IMG/VR virus record: IMGVR_UViG_3300025084_002866
Span: 2,308 to 66,307 of that record
DNA: 64,000 nt
Origin: a virus
Lineage: Duplodnaviria; Caudoviricetes
Reading direction: 5' to 3' (one strand)
The translations under genes and the position numbers were made by a program. This document shows, piece by piece, positions 54,220-64,000 of the stretch. Below the pieces are notes generated by a model. It had not been told where the DNA came from. It made no database searches and saw only the letters and a list, made by a program, of their open reading frames with translations. Each line of letters starts with the position of its first letter. Positions within the stretch are counted from its first letter, which is position 1.

Positions 54220-55392
54220 TTATTTTTTTATTTTAAATTTCAACTTAGAACTATCTGCGCCAGTGACAGCTTTCACTTTTAATCCATTAATAAACATATC
54301 ACCATTAGCTTGTGGCCTTACTTGACCTGTTATATTCTTAGATTTAGCCATCATATCTTTTACAGCGTCGGCTTTACCTTGCTCATAGAAATGATTAGCA
54401 ATAGTGTCTGCATTTTCAGCAGCGTAAATAGCTTTGTGATAACCTACAGTATCAACAACTTCACCCTCATTGTTTAAGAACTTCTTAACAAACGTGTTTA
54501 AGTTTGACTGTTTTTCTGCAACATCATTAGCATTTCCAACATTGTATCTAAATTTCTTTTCACCTACGTTAAACTCGAAACCTTCGAAATTATTAGTGAA
54601 AAACTCATTAGTTTTTGATTGAAACGTTTTATGACGTTGATCAGCTATTTGTTGTTCTTTGTTGTATCTATTGAAAAAGTCTAATGCTTTTTGTTGGTCC
54701 TGAGTTACGCCGGGTCTCAACTTGATTTCGTCGTAGTACTTACTCTTGGTTTCTTCCAAAAAGTTTTTGGCTTTAGCAATTTCTTCTTTGAAGGCAAGTT
54801 TCTTTTTCTTTATATCTCGCTCTTCATCCATATCTTCGTCAAAAGAGAAATTGTCTTCCATTATGAAGTTTATTTCTTCTTGATCTAAATGTGGTTTAGT
54901 ATTTTTGTAATATTCTTTAAGTAAAGAAGTATCGTCTATATTAGAATAATCTCTATTTAATCTAGCATAATCTTCGATAGTTCCACCTGTTTCTTCCATG
55001 AATGAAACTAGTTTTTCGATGTTTTCAGGTAATGGTTTTCCAGTAACCTTTTCATCTCTTATAGCTTCTTTATATTCTTTCTTAACTTCTTCTACTTCTT
55101 TAGCAGCTTCTTCAGTTATTTCAGATATTGGAGATATTACTTCTTTTTCTTCTTTAGCTTCAGTGGCAACGACTTTTTCTTCGTGTGTTTCTCCCACTTT
55201 TTTGCCATCTCCGGATGGTTCTTGTACATCCACTTTCTCTGCGCTTGGCTCTTGAATGGCATCTTCTTTTATTTCTTCTTTTACTTCTTCTTTTTTACTT
55301 AAATCAACTTTATGTACTTTGTTTGATTTAGTTTTTAATGAAGGTTTCTTAACCTTAACTTTCAAAGGTTTTACTTCTTCTTTTTCTGACAT
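54220..55392 (-). CDS. Putative capsid scaffolding protein
   Basis: Charged, helical 390-aa protein between portal and capsid. Confidence 0.65.
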   Translation of the reverse strand: MSEKEEVKPLKVKVKKPSLKTKSNKVHKVDLSKKEEVKEEIKEDAIQEPSAEKVDVQEPSGDGKKVGETHEEKVVATEAKEEKEVISPISEITEEAAKEVEEVKKEYKEAIRDEKVTGKPLPENIEKLVSFMEETGGTIEDYARLNRDYSNIDDTSLLKEYYKNTKPHLDQEEINFIMEDNFSFDEDMDEERDIKKKKLAFKEEIAKAKNFLEETKSKYYDEIKLRPGVTQDQQKALDFFNRYNKEQQIADQRHKTFQSKTNEFFTNNFEGFEFNVGEKKFRYNVGNANDVAEKQSNLNTFVKKFLNNEGEVVDTVGYHKAIYAAENADTIANHFYEQGKADAVKDMMAKSKNITGQVRPQANGDMFINGLKVKAVTGADSSKLKFKIKK

Positions 55393-55417
55393 AATATAAT
55401 ATAATAGTTAATGAAAT

Positions 55418-57838
55418 TTACTCAGGCATTAATTCTCCTGGGTTTTGTAAGCTACCCATATCATTATTAGCTAGATCTTGTTTTGCTTCAAAATCTATAG
55501 GTAGTAAATCGTTTTTTCTTTGAGAAATCATCTCGCTTTGTTGAGTTGCTTGGATTTTAGTTCTTTTATCTTTTCTATCTTCAATCTCTTGTTCTTTACT
55601 TTTTTGAACTTGAATCTCCATTTGTTTAAGCTGCATATCAAACTGGAACTTCATCTGAAGAATCTGCTTGTCAAGTTCTCCTTTTTGCTGCATCTTGTTT
55701 ATATCAAACTGAGATTTAGCTTGTTCTACTTGCATTTCAGACTCTGTTAAAGCTTGTTGTTTTTGCATTTCAGCTTGAGCTGTTCTTTCAGCTAATTCAG
55801 CGTTAGCATTAGTCTGCTGTTGTACTTGAGCAGCTTGTTGCTGTTGTTTTATTTTAAGTCTTTTGGCTTTTCTTTGTTTTAGCATTTGATTAGCCAACTT
55901 AAGATTATTTATACCTCTTAAGTCTATAGCGTCATCTAAGTCTATTTGACCTGATTTTAAAGCTATTTGAATGTTTTGTTCTAAAACTTGTTTTTCTTCT
56001 TCGTCTGGTTCTAAATTTAAAAATATTCCAAACTCATACATGTTTAAATCTGCAAGCTCTTCCAAAGTACCTACATTAAATCTAGATATACTGTTTTCTA
56101 AAGTTTGTTTAGTTAATGGAAACTCTAAAGAGTCAGCTACTCTTAAACTTATATTTTCACACGTTTTAACAGTCATATACATCATAGCTTGAAGTAAATG
56201 TCTTGTAGCCGTGTTTGAGTTAGCCGCTGCTAACTTCTGTAAACCTACTAGAGAGTTTTTATCAGGTGTTGATCCATCTCTAGCTTCGTTCAAACCGGTA
56301 ACATCTCGTATCATTTGTAAGTAATACTGATAAGTTTGTATTAAGCTTTGTATTTTGGCTCCACCTGAACCTGTTTGTAATTCTTGTATAGGAACTTTAC
56401 CTCTATTAATATCGCCATCTTGTGTTAACGATCTACCTACAATAGAACCAGTTTGAAAATACATATTTAAAGCTTCAGCTGGATTGTAGTTAGTTCCATT
56501 ACCTAAATCAACCTCTGCTAAACCATCCATATCTAAATAAACACCATCTGGCACAACTCTAGATAATACTTGTTGCAGTTTAAGATGTGTTAACTGAATC
56601 ATATCAGCAAAGCCTGTTATTTTACTAACGGTAGATTCAATACGGCCTTTGTACATTCTAGGAGCACATATATTGTAGTTCATTCTAACTTTATTTATGT
56701 TAGAATTAGGCCTTGTCATATTTTCCGCTAGTTCCCATTTTAACATCATAGGATGTCCTAATATTTTTGCTCCACTATATAATGTTTCGATAGTTCTAGA
56801 AACTCTATTAAACTTCTCGCTTTCAGGCGGATTAAAAGTATCAGGCTTTTGTAATGCTTTTTCTAAACCCGTAGGTGTTTGTTTTATTTTAAAAACTTGA
56901 TCAGAGTAAGTCTTATATTCAAAATATAATACTTGTACGGTTAAATCATCTTGTTTACCACTCCAATTTCTTAAATATTCTTGATTACCAGGGTATTTCT
57001 GTATAGTTTGAAGTTCTTGATCTGTTAAGTATGGAAATTCCATTTTTAAATCTGATATATAAACAGACTTTACTTCACCAACATAATATATGTCTTCAAA
57101 GTTAGGATCTTCCGTGTAAGAATAAACTAAAGAAGCTGGGTCTACGTAATCTACAACAACCCCTTCAGCTTTATTCCAAGTTGTTTTAACTGCTGATATA
57201 CCAAGCGTTACTAAGTCTTGACAAAACCTTTTTTTTATAGAATCGTATTTGTTTTTATTTAATATATCTTTTATAACTTCTTCTTCGGCTATTTCGATTG
57301 ACTGTTTGTAATCTAGTTGTAAATGTAATTTTACTTCATCTTCGTTTTCTAAACCTAATTCTCTAACTTCTTTAGACAATATTTCAACCCCCAACTCTTT
57401 CTCCATTTGTTGAATTAGCTCTAACTCTCTAACATCTCTTAACAACGTAGATGCGTAATCAGTTCTTGATTTCAAAGAAAATGGATCAACACTAAAAGCG
57501 CTTATTTCATAATTTCTTTGAGTCATTCCATTAACGACAATATCTACAAACTTAGATATTATTGGAACTGGCTTCCAGTCTAAGTTTAGATATGATAAAT
57601 CACCATTAATAGCTAGTTCATCTTTATACTTTTGAACAGGTTGCTCACCTCTTGCATACAGTCTTAAGCTGTGGTAGTTATTATAATTAGTTGCGTATCC
57701 ATTATTACCACGACCATTATTTCTAAACCATTCACCCTCAATCGCTCTACCGACAGCAAGTCCATAATCTAAAGTAGCTTTCTCTGCGTCAGGTACCACC
57801 TGATCCGGGAATGAACTATTATTAGTAGTATAAATCAT
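55418..57838 (-). CDS. Portal protein
   Basis: 806 aa directly after terminase; LDW.PVPII.KFVDIVVNG, VTGLNEARDG; Gln-rich C-terminal barrel. Confidence 0.85.
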   Translation of the reverse strand: MIYTTNNSSFPDQVVPDAEKATLDYGLAVGRAIEGEWFRNNGRGNNGYATNYNNYHSLRLYARGEQPVQKYKDELAINGDLSYLNLDWKPVPIISKFVDIVVNGMTQRNYEISAFSVDPFSLKSRTDYASTLLRDVRELELIQQMEKELGVEILSKEVRELGLENEDEVKLHLQLDYKQSIEIAEEEVIKDILNKNKYDSIKKRFCQDLVTLGISAVKTTWNKAEGVVVDYVDPASLVYSYTEDPNFEDIYYVGEVKSVYISDLKMEFPYLTDQELQTIQKYPGNQEYLRNWSGKQDDLTVQVLYFEYKTYSDQVFKIKQTPTGLEKALQKPDTFNPPESEKFNRVSRTIETLYSGAKILGHPMMLKWELAENMTRPNSNINKVRMNYNICAPRMYKGRIESTVSKITGFADMIQLTHLKLQQVLSRVVPDGVYLDMDGLAEVDLGNGTNYNPAEALNMYFQTGSIVGRSLTQDGDINRGKVPIQELQTGSGGAKIQSLIQTYQYYLQMIRDVTGLNEARDGSTPDKNSLVGLQKLAAANSNTATRHLLQAMMYMTVKTCENISLRVADSLEFPLTKQTLENSISRFNVGTLEELADLNMYEFGIFLNLEPDEEEKQVLEQNIQIALKSGQIDLDDAIDLRGINNLKLANQMLKQRKAKRLKIKQQQQAAQVQQQTNANAELAERTAQAEMQKQQALTESEMQVEQAKSQFDINKMQQKGELDKQILQMKFQFDMQLKQMEIQVQKSKEQEIEDRKDKRTKIQATQQSEMISQRKNDLLPIDFEAKQDLANNDMGSLQNPGELMPE

Positions 57839-57842
57839 CTAT

Positions 57843-60068
57843 TTATTTTATTATTTTTGAAGTTACCCCATCATTGTTATATCTTTTAATACCTAAACTA
57901 ATAGGTTGATATTTTCTTTCAGGATTAGGTCTGTATCTATTTTTGTTACAAGCCATTATAGCTAAACCAGAGCTTATAGTAGCATCGAACTTAGTTCTGT
58001 TATTAATATTAAACCTCCCCCAGTCTTCTAGGGTTTTTTGAAAGTACATATCTCCATAACCTTCTTGAAGTATACCTATGTATTGTTCTATATAAGATTC
58101 AATTGCAGCAGCATGTGCTTGTTTAATGTCTTCACTTGAGTTAGGTATTCCACCTATTTCTTTTTCTGTTGTAGAAAGTTTATTCCAAATTTTATCAGGA
58201 CGATTCATTGAAAAACCTCTATAACCTCTACGTTTAAAGTAGTATAATAATCTTGGTTTGTTATTTTCAGCAAGTATAGGCATACCGTAAAATACACAAG
58301 CCATTAACACATCTTCAAAGAATATCTCAGCTGTTTGAGGTCTTGATATATATTCTAAAAAGAAATGATTAGGCGGCGCATCTTCCATACTAAACTTTGT
58401 TAAGCCATGTAATGCTCCGTTAGATCCTTTACCATCTACTGTACCTGATATATCATAGCTATCACAACCAAAAGCTCCAATGTGTTCGTTTCCAGGACTC
58501 TTAAGCCCATTATTTACTATCACTCGATTTTGTAAGTTTTTAGGTGGTACCCAAGATATTAAAAACCTACCATCTTTATTAGGCATAAAAGAAACTCTTG
58601 TATCCTTAATACCATTTTCCCACATGAAGCTCCCTCTAGTTACAGAAGATACATTGTTCATTTCAAGATTATAATCTATTTGTTGATATATCTTGGTTAA
58701 GTTAAATAATGTGTTTTTAGCTTCGTCTCTGAATGCATGAGCTTCAGTTCTTGGAAACTGTCTATAGTATTCGTTTAATCCGTCTGTGTCGTCTTTAAGT
58801 CCATCAACTTCGTTTTCCCAGTGCTCAATAACTCCGATTGTAATTGGTTCACCATCAACTCCTTTGACTGGACTCTTTTGTCTAGTGAAGACAGGAAGTC
58901 CAAAAGTATCCATGAATCCTTCGTAGTTCCATTCCATAGGGATGAAAAGAGAGTAGAGGCCAGAAGATGTTTGTCCGTTTCTATTTCTTTTAGTAACGTC
59001 TGAATTGTAGTATAATTTTTTGAAGTTGTCTCCACCTTTATCTAAAGCATTTGAAGTTGAGCCCATCATACACTTACCTACGATCCTTGATCCTAGTCTT
59101 AATGTAGTTTTTGTAACTCTCCAGTTATTTAATATATTATCAGGTCTTTCCCATTTACCACTTTCATCATGAGCTAATAGTTTTAGCTTTTCACCATCGT
59201 AAGAGTTGTCACCTGTATTTTTCCAGTCAATAGTTGTATCTAATCCTTCTAGTTCTCTAAGCTGTTCATTCGACTCAAGCTTTCTTCTAGTAAGCTTTGA
59301 TGCCGGAACACGATATGCCAACTCAGTTTTTGGCCTGTCCATACCATCTTGAATGGGTTTAAAGAAGAACGGGTAGTTGACTGATATGGGTACAACTTTA
59401 TCTGTAAACATTTTTTTGGCGTCCGAACCAGACTTGGACAATATACCGAATCTAGCATCGGAAGATATTGTAGCTTGGTTAACAAGTTCCGCTGACGACA
59501 TAAAAGAGAATCCAGATCGTCTGTTTTTAAGGTAGCACATTCCGTAACATCTTGTATCTGCTTTACATGCTTCCCAAAATATAAAGAAGAGTCTATTTGC
59601 TTCTCTATAGTCTGGTGCTCCAATATCGATCTTTGACCATTGGAGGTACATGTAATGAGTACCAGTAATGTAATTAGCCATGCCGTTATTGTAAAACCAA
59701 TAACCATTTTCTCGCCTTTTGAATTCTTCGTCGATGTAATCATACCACTTTTCTTTAAATTCAGCTGGGTATTCTTCCCAGTCAAATCTACTTTTGATTT
59801 TACTTAATTCTTTTGGGTAGTCTTGTCTTTCCCAGTATTGTTCCGCTTTTTTATCGCTTCGTTTAAACGGTTCATCTGTTGCCGGTAAAGCAATCCTGAG
59901 ATCTTGTATTTCAATGATTTGTCCAATTTTTCCAGTTTTACTTATTACTATAAAATCATAATCAGAGTTATAACCATACTCCCATTTTTTAAATCTATTG
60001 TTTTTAGCTAATATCTTAGGATTTACAACGTCCTTAATTTCTTTCCAAAGTGCTTGTTCGTAACTCAC
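57843..60068 (-). CDS. terL: Terminase large subunit
   Basis: LKNRRSGFS (Walker A-like), LLAHDESGKW (Walker B), MMGST, FGCDSYD nuclease motif. Confidence 0.92.
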   Translation of the reverse strand: MSYEQALWKEIKDVVNPKILAKNNRFKKWEYGYNSDYDFIVISKTGKIGQIIEIQDLRIALPATDEPFKRSDKKAEQYWERQDYPKELSKIKSRFDWEEYPAEFKEKWYDYIDEEFKRRENGYWFYNNGMANYITGTHYMYLQWSKIDIGAPDYREANRLFFIFWEACKADTRCYGMCYLKNRRSGFSFMSSAELVNQATISSDARFGILSKSGSDAKKMFTDKVVPISVNYPFFFKPIQDGMDRPKTELAYRVPASKLTRRKLESNEQLRELEGLDTTIDWKNTGDNSYDGEKLKLLAHDESGKWERPDNILNNWRVTKTTLRLGSRIVGKCMMGSTSNALDKGGDNFKKLYYNSDVTKRNRNGQTSSGLYSLFIPMEWNYEGFMDTFGLPVFTRQKSPVKGVDGEPITIGVIEHWENEVDGLKDDTDGLNEYYRQFPRTEAHAFRDEAKNTLFNLTKIYQQIDYNLEMNNVSSVTRGSFMWENGIKDTRVSFMPNKDGRFLISWVPPKNLQNRVIVNNGLKSPGNEHIGAFGCDSYDISGTVDGKGSNGALHGLTKFSMEDAPPNHFFLEYISRPQTAEIFFEDVLMACVFYGMPILAENNKPRLLYYFKRRGYRGFSMNRPDKIWNKLSTTEKEIGGIPNSSEDIKQAHAAAIESYIEQYIGILQEGYGDMYFQKTLEDWGRFNINNRTKFDATISSGLAIMACNKNRYRPNPERKYQPISLGIKRYNNDGVTSKIIK

Positions 60069-60340
60069 TTACTTCTCCCTTCTGCAAAACCTCTAAAAGA
60101 CTTTTGTTCTTTAACTTCTTTTGGTTTTTCATTTAGTATATCTTCTTCTTGTTGAATACGATTAAGTATTTCAAAAGCATCAAATATAGCTAACTTTTTA
60201 GTAGCGGCAGCATTCTTTAATCTATCAGCGCTTACATCGTCGTCTGAGTCTACAATCTTTTCTTTTGCTACCTTTATAAGTTCCTCAACTGCTTTTTGCC
60301 CAGCTTGGATTATTTTCTTCTTCGTTTCCTTGGTATTCAT
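60065..60340 (-). CDS. Possible terminase small subunit
   Basis: 91-aa helical protein immediately upstream of terL. Confidence 0.45.
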   Translation of the reverse strand: MNTKETKKKIIQAGQKAVEELIKVAKEKIVDSDDDVSADRLKNAAATKKLAIFDAFEILNRIQQEEDILNEKPKEVKEQKSFRGFAEGRSK

Positions 60341-60878
60341 GAGTTAAAGCTATATCATTTGATTTCATACAATAAAGTCGTTCACCATCTATTATAAATT
60401 CAAACTCAGAATTTGGGGTAAACGTAATAAGTGTTCCAGGGGTGATTCCTAGCGCTTCTAATGAACTATTACTATATTTCATTATACCAACGTTAGGTTG
60501 CTCTTTCCTGTTCTCTAATAAGTTTTGGTTTTTAAGTGGTTTTACAAAACAATAATCTAAATGTGGTTTAAGATTATACATGTATATTTGTTCTTGTGAA
60601 ACAAAATATAAGTCATCTTTGAAAAAGGTTGAACTATTTCTTTCATTACCTTTTTGATCATACCATCTTCTAAATATATTATGATGTACGTAAAGCTCAT
60701 CACCTACTTTTATCTTTGAGGTGTAAGCCGCTGGAGTAGATACAACAGCAGCTTTTTTACTAACAAACCTATGGTTTTCAATACCTGTATTAATGATGAG
60801 TGTTTTATCATCAACTTTTTTAATATTGTCATACCTTTCATTTAAAGGTTTTACAATAAAGCTATATAAGCTTTTCAT
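60285..60878 (-). CDS. Tandem GroES-like protein
   Basis: Two FIVKP/FVKP...G....GD/GT..F units; ends EF.IDGERLYCMKSNDI. Confidence 0.6.
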   Translation of the reverse strand: MKSLYSFIVKPLNERYDNIKKVDDKTLIINTGIENHRFVSKKAAVVSTPAAYTSKIKVGDELYVHHNIFRRWYDQKGNERNSSTFFKDDLYFVSQEQIYMYNLKPHLDYCFVKPLKNQNLLENRKEQPNVGIMKYSNSSLEALGITPGTLITFTPNSEFEFIIDGERLYCMKSNDIALTHEYQGNEEENNPSWAKSS

Positions 60879-61105
60879 TAGTACTTTAAATCGTACTCTA
60901 CAGATATTGCCATATTAGCGTTAAACTTTTTCCAAGGCAAGACTTCATCATTTTTAGTTATAAAAATATTATATGACTGATCTTGATCTTCAAAAAGAAT
61001 ATCACTAATAGTATGTCCACCGTATACTTCCTGACCAGTTGAATAATGCATTGCATCGTTCTTGTAGTCAGAACCTATACTAATCTTCCTTATTACTTTC
61101 GACAT
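60878..61105 (-). CDS. Conserved hypothetical phage protein
   Basis: 75 aa; IRKISIG.DYKNDAMHY..GQEVYGGH. Confidence 0.65.
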   Translation of the reverse strand: MSKVIRKISIGSDYKNDAMHYSTGQEVYGGHTISDILFEDQDQSYNIFITKNDEVLPWKKFNANMAISVEYDLKY

Positions 61106-61328
61106 CTTCTTCTATCTTAGTATAAGTACCATCTTCAACATTAATATTGATAGCACCATACTCAGCTTCTAAAACCTCTTTGTAATCTTCTATTTCTTTA
61201 TTAGCTCCAGCTATTTCATGAAGTAATCCATGCTTTTGGCTTTCTAATAATCCGATGTTGTGAACAAGCTCGTTAAGCTGTTTTTGTTGCTCTTGAATTA
61301 ATAATAATTCTTCTTCTTTAATTTTCAT
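61080..61328 (-). CDS. Coiled-coil hypothetical protein
   Basis: 82-aa ORF. Confidence 0.6.
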   Translation of the reverse strand: MKIKEEELLLIQEQQKQLNELVHNIGLLESQKHGLLHEIAGANKEIEDYKEVLEAEYGAININVEDGTYTKIEEDVESNKED

Positions 61329-61356
61329 TTGATTTGATTTAATTGTTTGTTTTTAT

Positions 61357-61608
61357 TTACTCTCCTGGTCCTGGTTCAGCAGGTGTCCATTCTGGAGTAG
61401 CTAATAAGACTAATATCTCTTCATGAGTATAAGTCCCAACAGGTGTCAACGAACCGTTTGTAATAAAGCTAGGCTCTACCTGAAAAGACAAAACACCCTC
61501 TGTGTTAGCTACGTTTCTTCTCATTGTTTGAGCAGAAGACTGATTCACTTGACTGAACAAAACTGCGTTTGTATCAGATAAGTTAATTACTACATAAGTT
61601 GTTGCCAT
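61357..61608 (-). CDS. Small virion-associated hypothetical protein
   Basis: 83 aa following the LamG gene; TYTHEEIL..L...EWT. Confidence 0.6.
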   Translation of the reverse strand: MATTYVVINLSDTNAVLFSQVNQSSAQTMRRNVANTEGVLSFQVEPSFITNGSLTPVGTYTHEEILVLLATPEWTPAEPGPGE

Positions 61609-61640
61609 TGTTTAATTGTTATTTGTTAATTACTTGTTAT

Positions 61641-61655
61641 TTATATATTTACTTG
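61641..61655 (-). promoter_or_regulatory. Candidate late promoter CAAGTAAATATATAA
   Basis: Variant of the CAAGTRA..TATA motif, in the gap upstream of 61608. Confidence 0.3.
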
Positions 61656-61668
61656 TTTTATTTTTTTT

Positions 61669-64000
61669 TTACGACGGTACATCTATTCCTCTAGCTGTAA
61701 CCGGCATACCACTTGATATTGCATTAGCCGTACTATATGGCGCGTCACCTACTAAACTACCTTCTGACATTCCGCTAGACACTCCATTAGCTGTTGTACC
61801 TACACCGTTTGTTAAAGCGCTTACTGGCATACCATTACTTTCTCCATTGTTTGATCCTATTTCGTCAGCTACAATCCAATCATTTCCATTAAAACTACTA
61901 TTTTCACCTAACTGCCACCACGCTACAGGAGCTGCACCAGAAAAGTTATGTAGATTGCTAGGGCGACCTTCGTTGTAAATTTCTCTAACTTCAGAAGCTG
62001 ATAAAGCAGTATTCCAAATAGCTGCATTAGATATATTTCCATTAAAATTGTTATATCCAGCTTCAGAGCCAATTCTAAGGGGGTCAGCTCCTGTTGTTAA
62101 AGTACCTGTTGGTTGAGTTGCTGTGACTCCTTCTACAGTGTTTGAGTATAACATTAAAGTATTATTTATAGAATCGTAAACAACAACAAGGTTTACCCAT
62201 TTAGTGTTATCAGAAAACCCATTTGAGTTCTCTGCCGTATGCCAACCATTTGTAGTATCCATATACACTTTAAAAGCGTTAGAATTTGTAGCGTGTGGAG
62301 CTAATAATAACCAACCTCGGCTTTGTCCATTTGTGTTTCCTAAAACTCCTTTTTGACCGCTCGATGGCCAATTGTTTATCCAACAGGAAGCGGTAAAAGA
62401 AGACGTAAAATTTCCAACACTACCACAATCTATATAACCGTTTCCATCGAAACTCATAGCATATTTACTATAAGGCGCAACTGTTTGTAAGTCACTTTGA
62501 ACAAGGTTTGTTTGAGACATTCCTGAGCTTTCACCAGCTAATGTATTTACAAAGCCAGGATATTCAGTAGCTCCATTATTAGTTCCATTATTACTTCCTT
62601 TTGAATCTTCAATACCTGTAGTTGTGTTATCTAACTTCCACCAAGAAACCAAAGAACTAAATGAGCTCATATCTGTTAAAGGAGTTCCATTATTGTAAAT
62701 AGCTTCTATTTGGTTTACTGTTCCGCCTGTTCCATCTGTTAATGCTGTATTAAATATTTGAGTGTTTGAAATTCTACCATCAAAACCATACGTATTACCC
62801 CCATAAGAATAATTCCCAATTAATGATGTTGTTTCACTTGAATTAATAACTGATGTAGAATTGTTTACAGTTCCATCTGGAGAGCCATTTAAATAATAAG
62901 TATAATCATTTCCACTTTTAACTAATACTACATTATACCATTTGCCAGTACTTAAAGTGGTGTTACTATCAAAAGGACTTAAAAAATACCCTGAAGCACC
63001 TGTTAAATAAGTAGTAATTTTATTAGTTATTGTAAACTGTAAAGTTTTATTAGTAAAAATAAATTTTAATTGATTACTTGCAATAGAATCTAAGTTTATC
63101 CAAGAGCTAATTGTAAAATTTGCTCCAGTTATTATTGTGTCAAAAGTATCATTAATTACAATTGTATCAGCGCTTCCTGATGGGTTAAAATCTAAAGAAC
63201 TTGGATAAGCCGAAGGATTTTGGTTATTATCTACACTCCACTCTGTACTTGTACTATTATAAATCTCACTTGCATCGAGTTTGTACCAAGCTTTTAGATT
63301 AGAGCTTTGAGGTATATTAGCTAAAGTTTGTATTGGTGAGCCGTAGTTGTATAAAGCAGCTATCTCACCAGTAGCTGTATCACCTACTGAAACACCACCA
63401 TCTGTAAGAGTGTGTTCATATGCTATAAAGTTTGAAAACTCTCCAGTTGCTCCAGCCTGCGAAGTTCCCGGTACATTACCTATGCTAGTGAAATAACCGG
63501 GTTCATTTCTTAAAGTTCCAGTCCTTGCTGTTTTTATTTTTAAAACTCCATCAATGTATAGTTTAACATGTGAACCATCATAATTCATTATGTATTGGTG
63601 CCATTTACCATCAGCGTAATTAAACGTTAAACTTGGATATGTTTGAGTTAAAGGATTTACAGTAACACCAGCTCTTAAAGTGTCAGTTCCATTAAGCTGT
63701 ATGACAAAAGTACCATATGCACCAACAAAAAATATATATTTATTTAATTGACCATTAGTACTTGTTTTAAACCAAGCTGATTGTGTACAATTAGTTAAAT
63801 TACTAACACTTATAGGGGTGGTTATTCTAGTACTGCTTGTGTTATCAAAAACATAATCTCCAATAGCATTGTTTTCTGCTAAATACTGTCCGTTCCAAGC
63901 AGATGTACCTAAAGGATAATAAGCGATAGGTGAACTTGGTAAAGCCATAGGGTTTGAGACGGATGTTCCACCGCCCCAAAGAGTTGTTACTTGGCTTGGA
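61669..64000 (-). CDS. Multi-LamG virion protein, 5'-truncated at the right edge
   Basis: The frame stays open from 64000 (PSQVTTLWGGGTSVSNP-MALPSSPIAYYPLG), so the ATG at 63948 is internal; LamG repeats are paralogous to 106..4287. Confidence 0.85.
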   Translation of the reverse strand, partial: PSQVTTLWGGGTSVSNPMALPSSPIAYYPLGTSAWNGQYLAENNAIGDYVFDNTSSTRITTPISVSNLTNCTQSAWFKTSTNGQLNKYIFFVGAYGTFVIQLNGTDTLRAGVTVNPLTQTYPSLTFNYADGKWHQYIMNYDGSHVKLYIDGVLKIKTARTGTLRNEPGYFTSIGNVPGTSQAGATGEFSNFIAYEHTLTDGGVSVGDTATGEIAALYNYGSPIQTLANIPQSSNLKAWYKLDASEIYNSTSTEWSVDNNQNPSAYPSSLDFNPSGSADTIVINDTFDTIITGANFTISSWINLDSIASNQLKFIFTNKTLQFTITNKITTYLTGASGYFLSPFDSNTTLSTGKWYNVVLVKSGNDYTYYLNGSPDGTVNNSTSVINSSETTSLIGNYSYGGNTYGFDGRISNTQIFNTALTDGTGGTVNQIEAIYNNGTPLTDMSSFSSLVSWWKLDNTTTGIEDSKGSNNGTNNGATEYPGFVNTLAGESSGMSQTNLVQSDLQTVAPYSKYAMSFDGNGYIDCGSVGNFTSSFTASCWINNWPSSGQKGVLGNTNGQSRGWLLLAPHATNSNAFKVYMDTTNGWHTAENSNGFSDNTKWVNLVVVYDSINNTLMLYSNTVEGVTATQPTGTLTTGADPLRIGSEAGYNNFNGNISNAAIWNTALSASEVREIYNEGRPSNLHNFSGAAPVAWWQLGENSSFNGNDWIVADEIGSNNGESNGMPVSALTNGVGTTANGVSSGMSEGSLVGDAPYSTANAISSGMPVTARGIDVPS

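Noticed and set aside
59249-59785. 178-aa alternative-frame ORF inside terL
   Set aside because: Fully overlaps the conserved terminase ATPase region and has no recognisable motifs; likely a by-product of locally fewer stop codons.
63948-63948. ATG at 63948 as the true start of the last LamG gene
   Set aside because: The frame is open to the window edge and the upstream residues align with an internal part of the paralog.
1-64000. Stop-codon reassignment, integrase/prophage context, introns or inteins
   Set aside because: Long genes are intact in the standard code, there is no integrase or host flank, and terL, nrdJ and the helicase show no obvious insertions.

Overview
AT-rich, near-complete genome of a tailed (podovirus-like) lytic bacteriophage, probably infecting aquatic Bacteroidota (Flavobacteriia). 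The host is inferred from gene content and A-rich, SD-less leaders. There are two arms. A plus-strand early/replication arm (~15.6-32.6 kb) carries many small ORFs, ligase, a sigma factor, an ERF/exonuclease/SSB module, primase-helicase, a nucleotide-metabolism cluster and class II RNR. A minus-strand late arm (15.1 kb to 1, continuing 64 kb to 32.7 kb) carries tail fibre, GroEL/GroES, lysis genes, LamG proteins, terminase, portal, capsid, tail and a 2995-aa virion protein. The two window ends fall inside what looks like one LamG gene, suggesting a circular map of roughly 64.5 kb. No DNA polymerase, integrase, complete tRNA or CRISPR array was seen. The main highlights are: (1) the ThyA-like gene has the dCMP-hydroxymethylase signature and is followed by two NTP-pyrophosphatase-like genes, a candidate cytosine-modification pathway; (2) eight copies of a non-host-type promoter-like repeat drive the early arm, and a sigma-region-2-like domain in the giant virion protein could read them; (3) a two-copy covarying three-way-junction RNA and a tRNA-minihelix-like element; (4) a two-copy inverted repeat linking a HTH gene to the large intergenic region. 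All protein calls come from motif recognition by eye; no searches were run.
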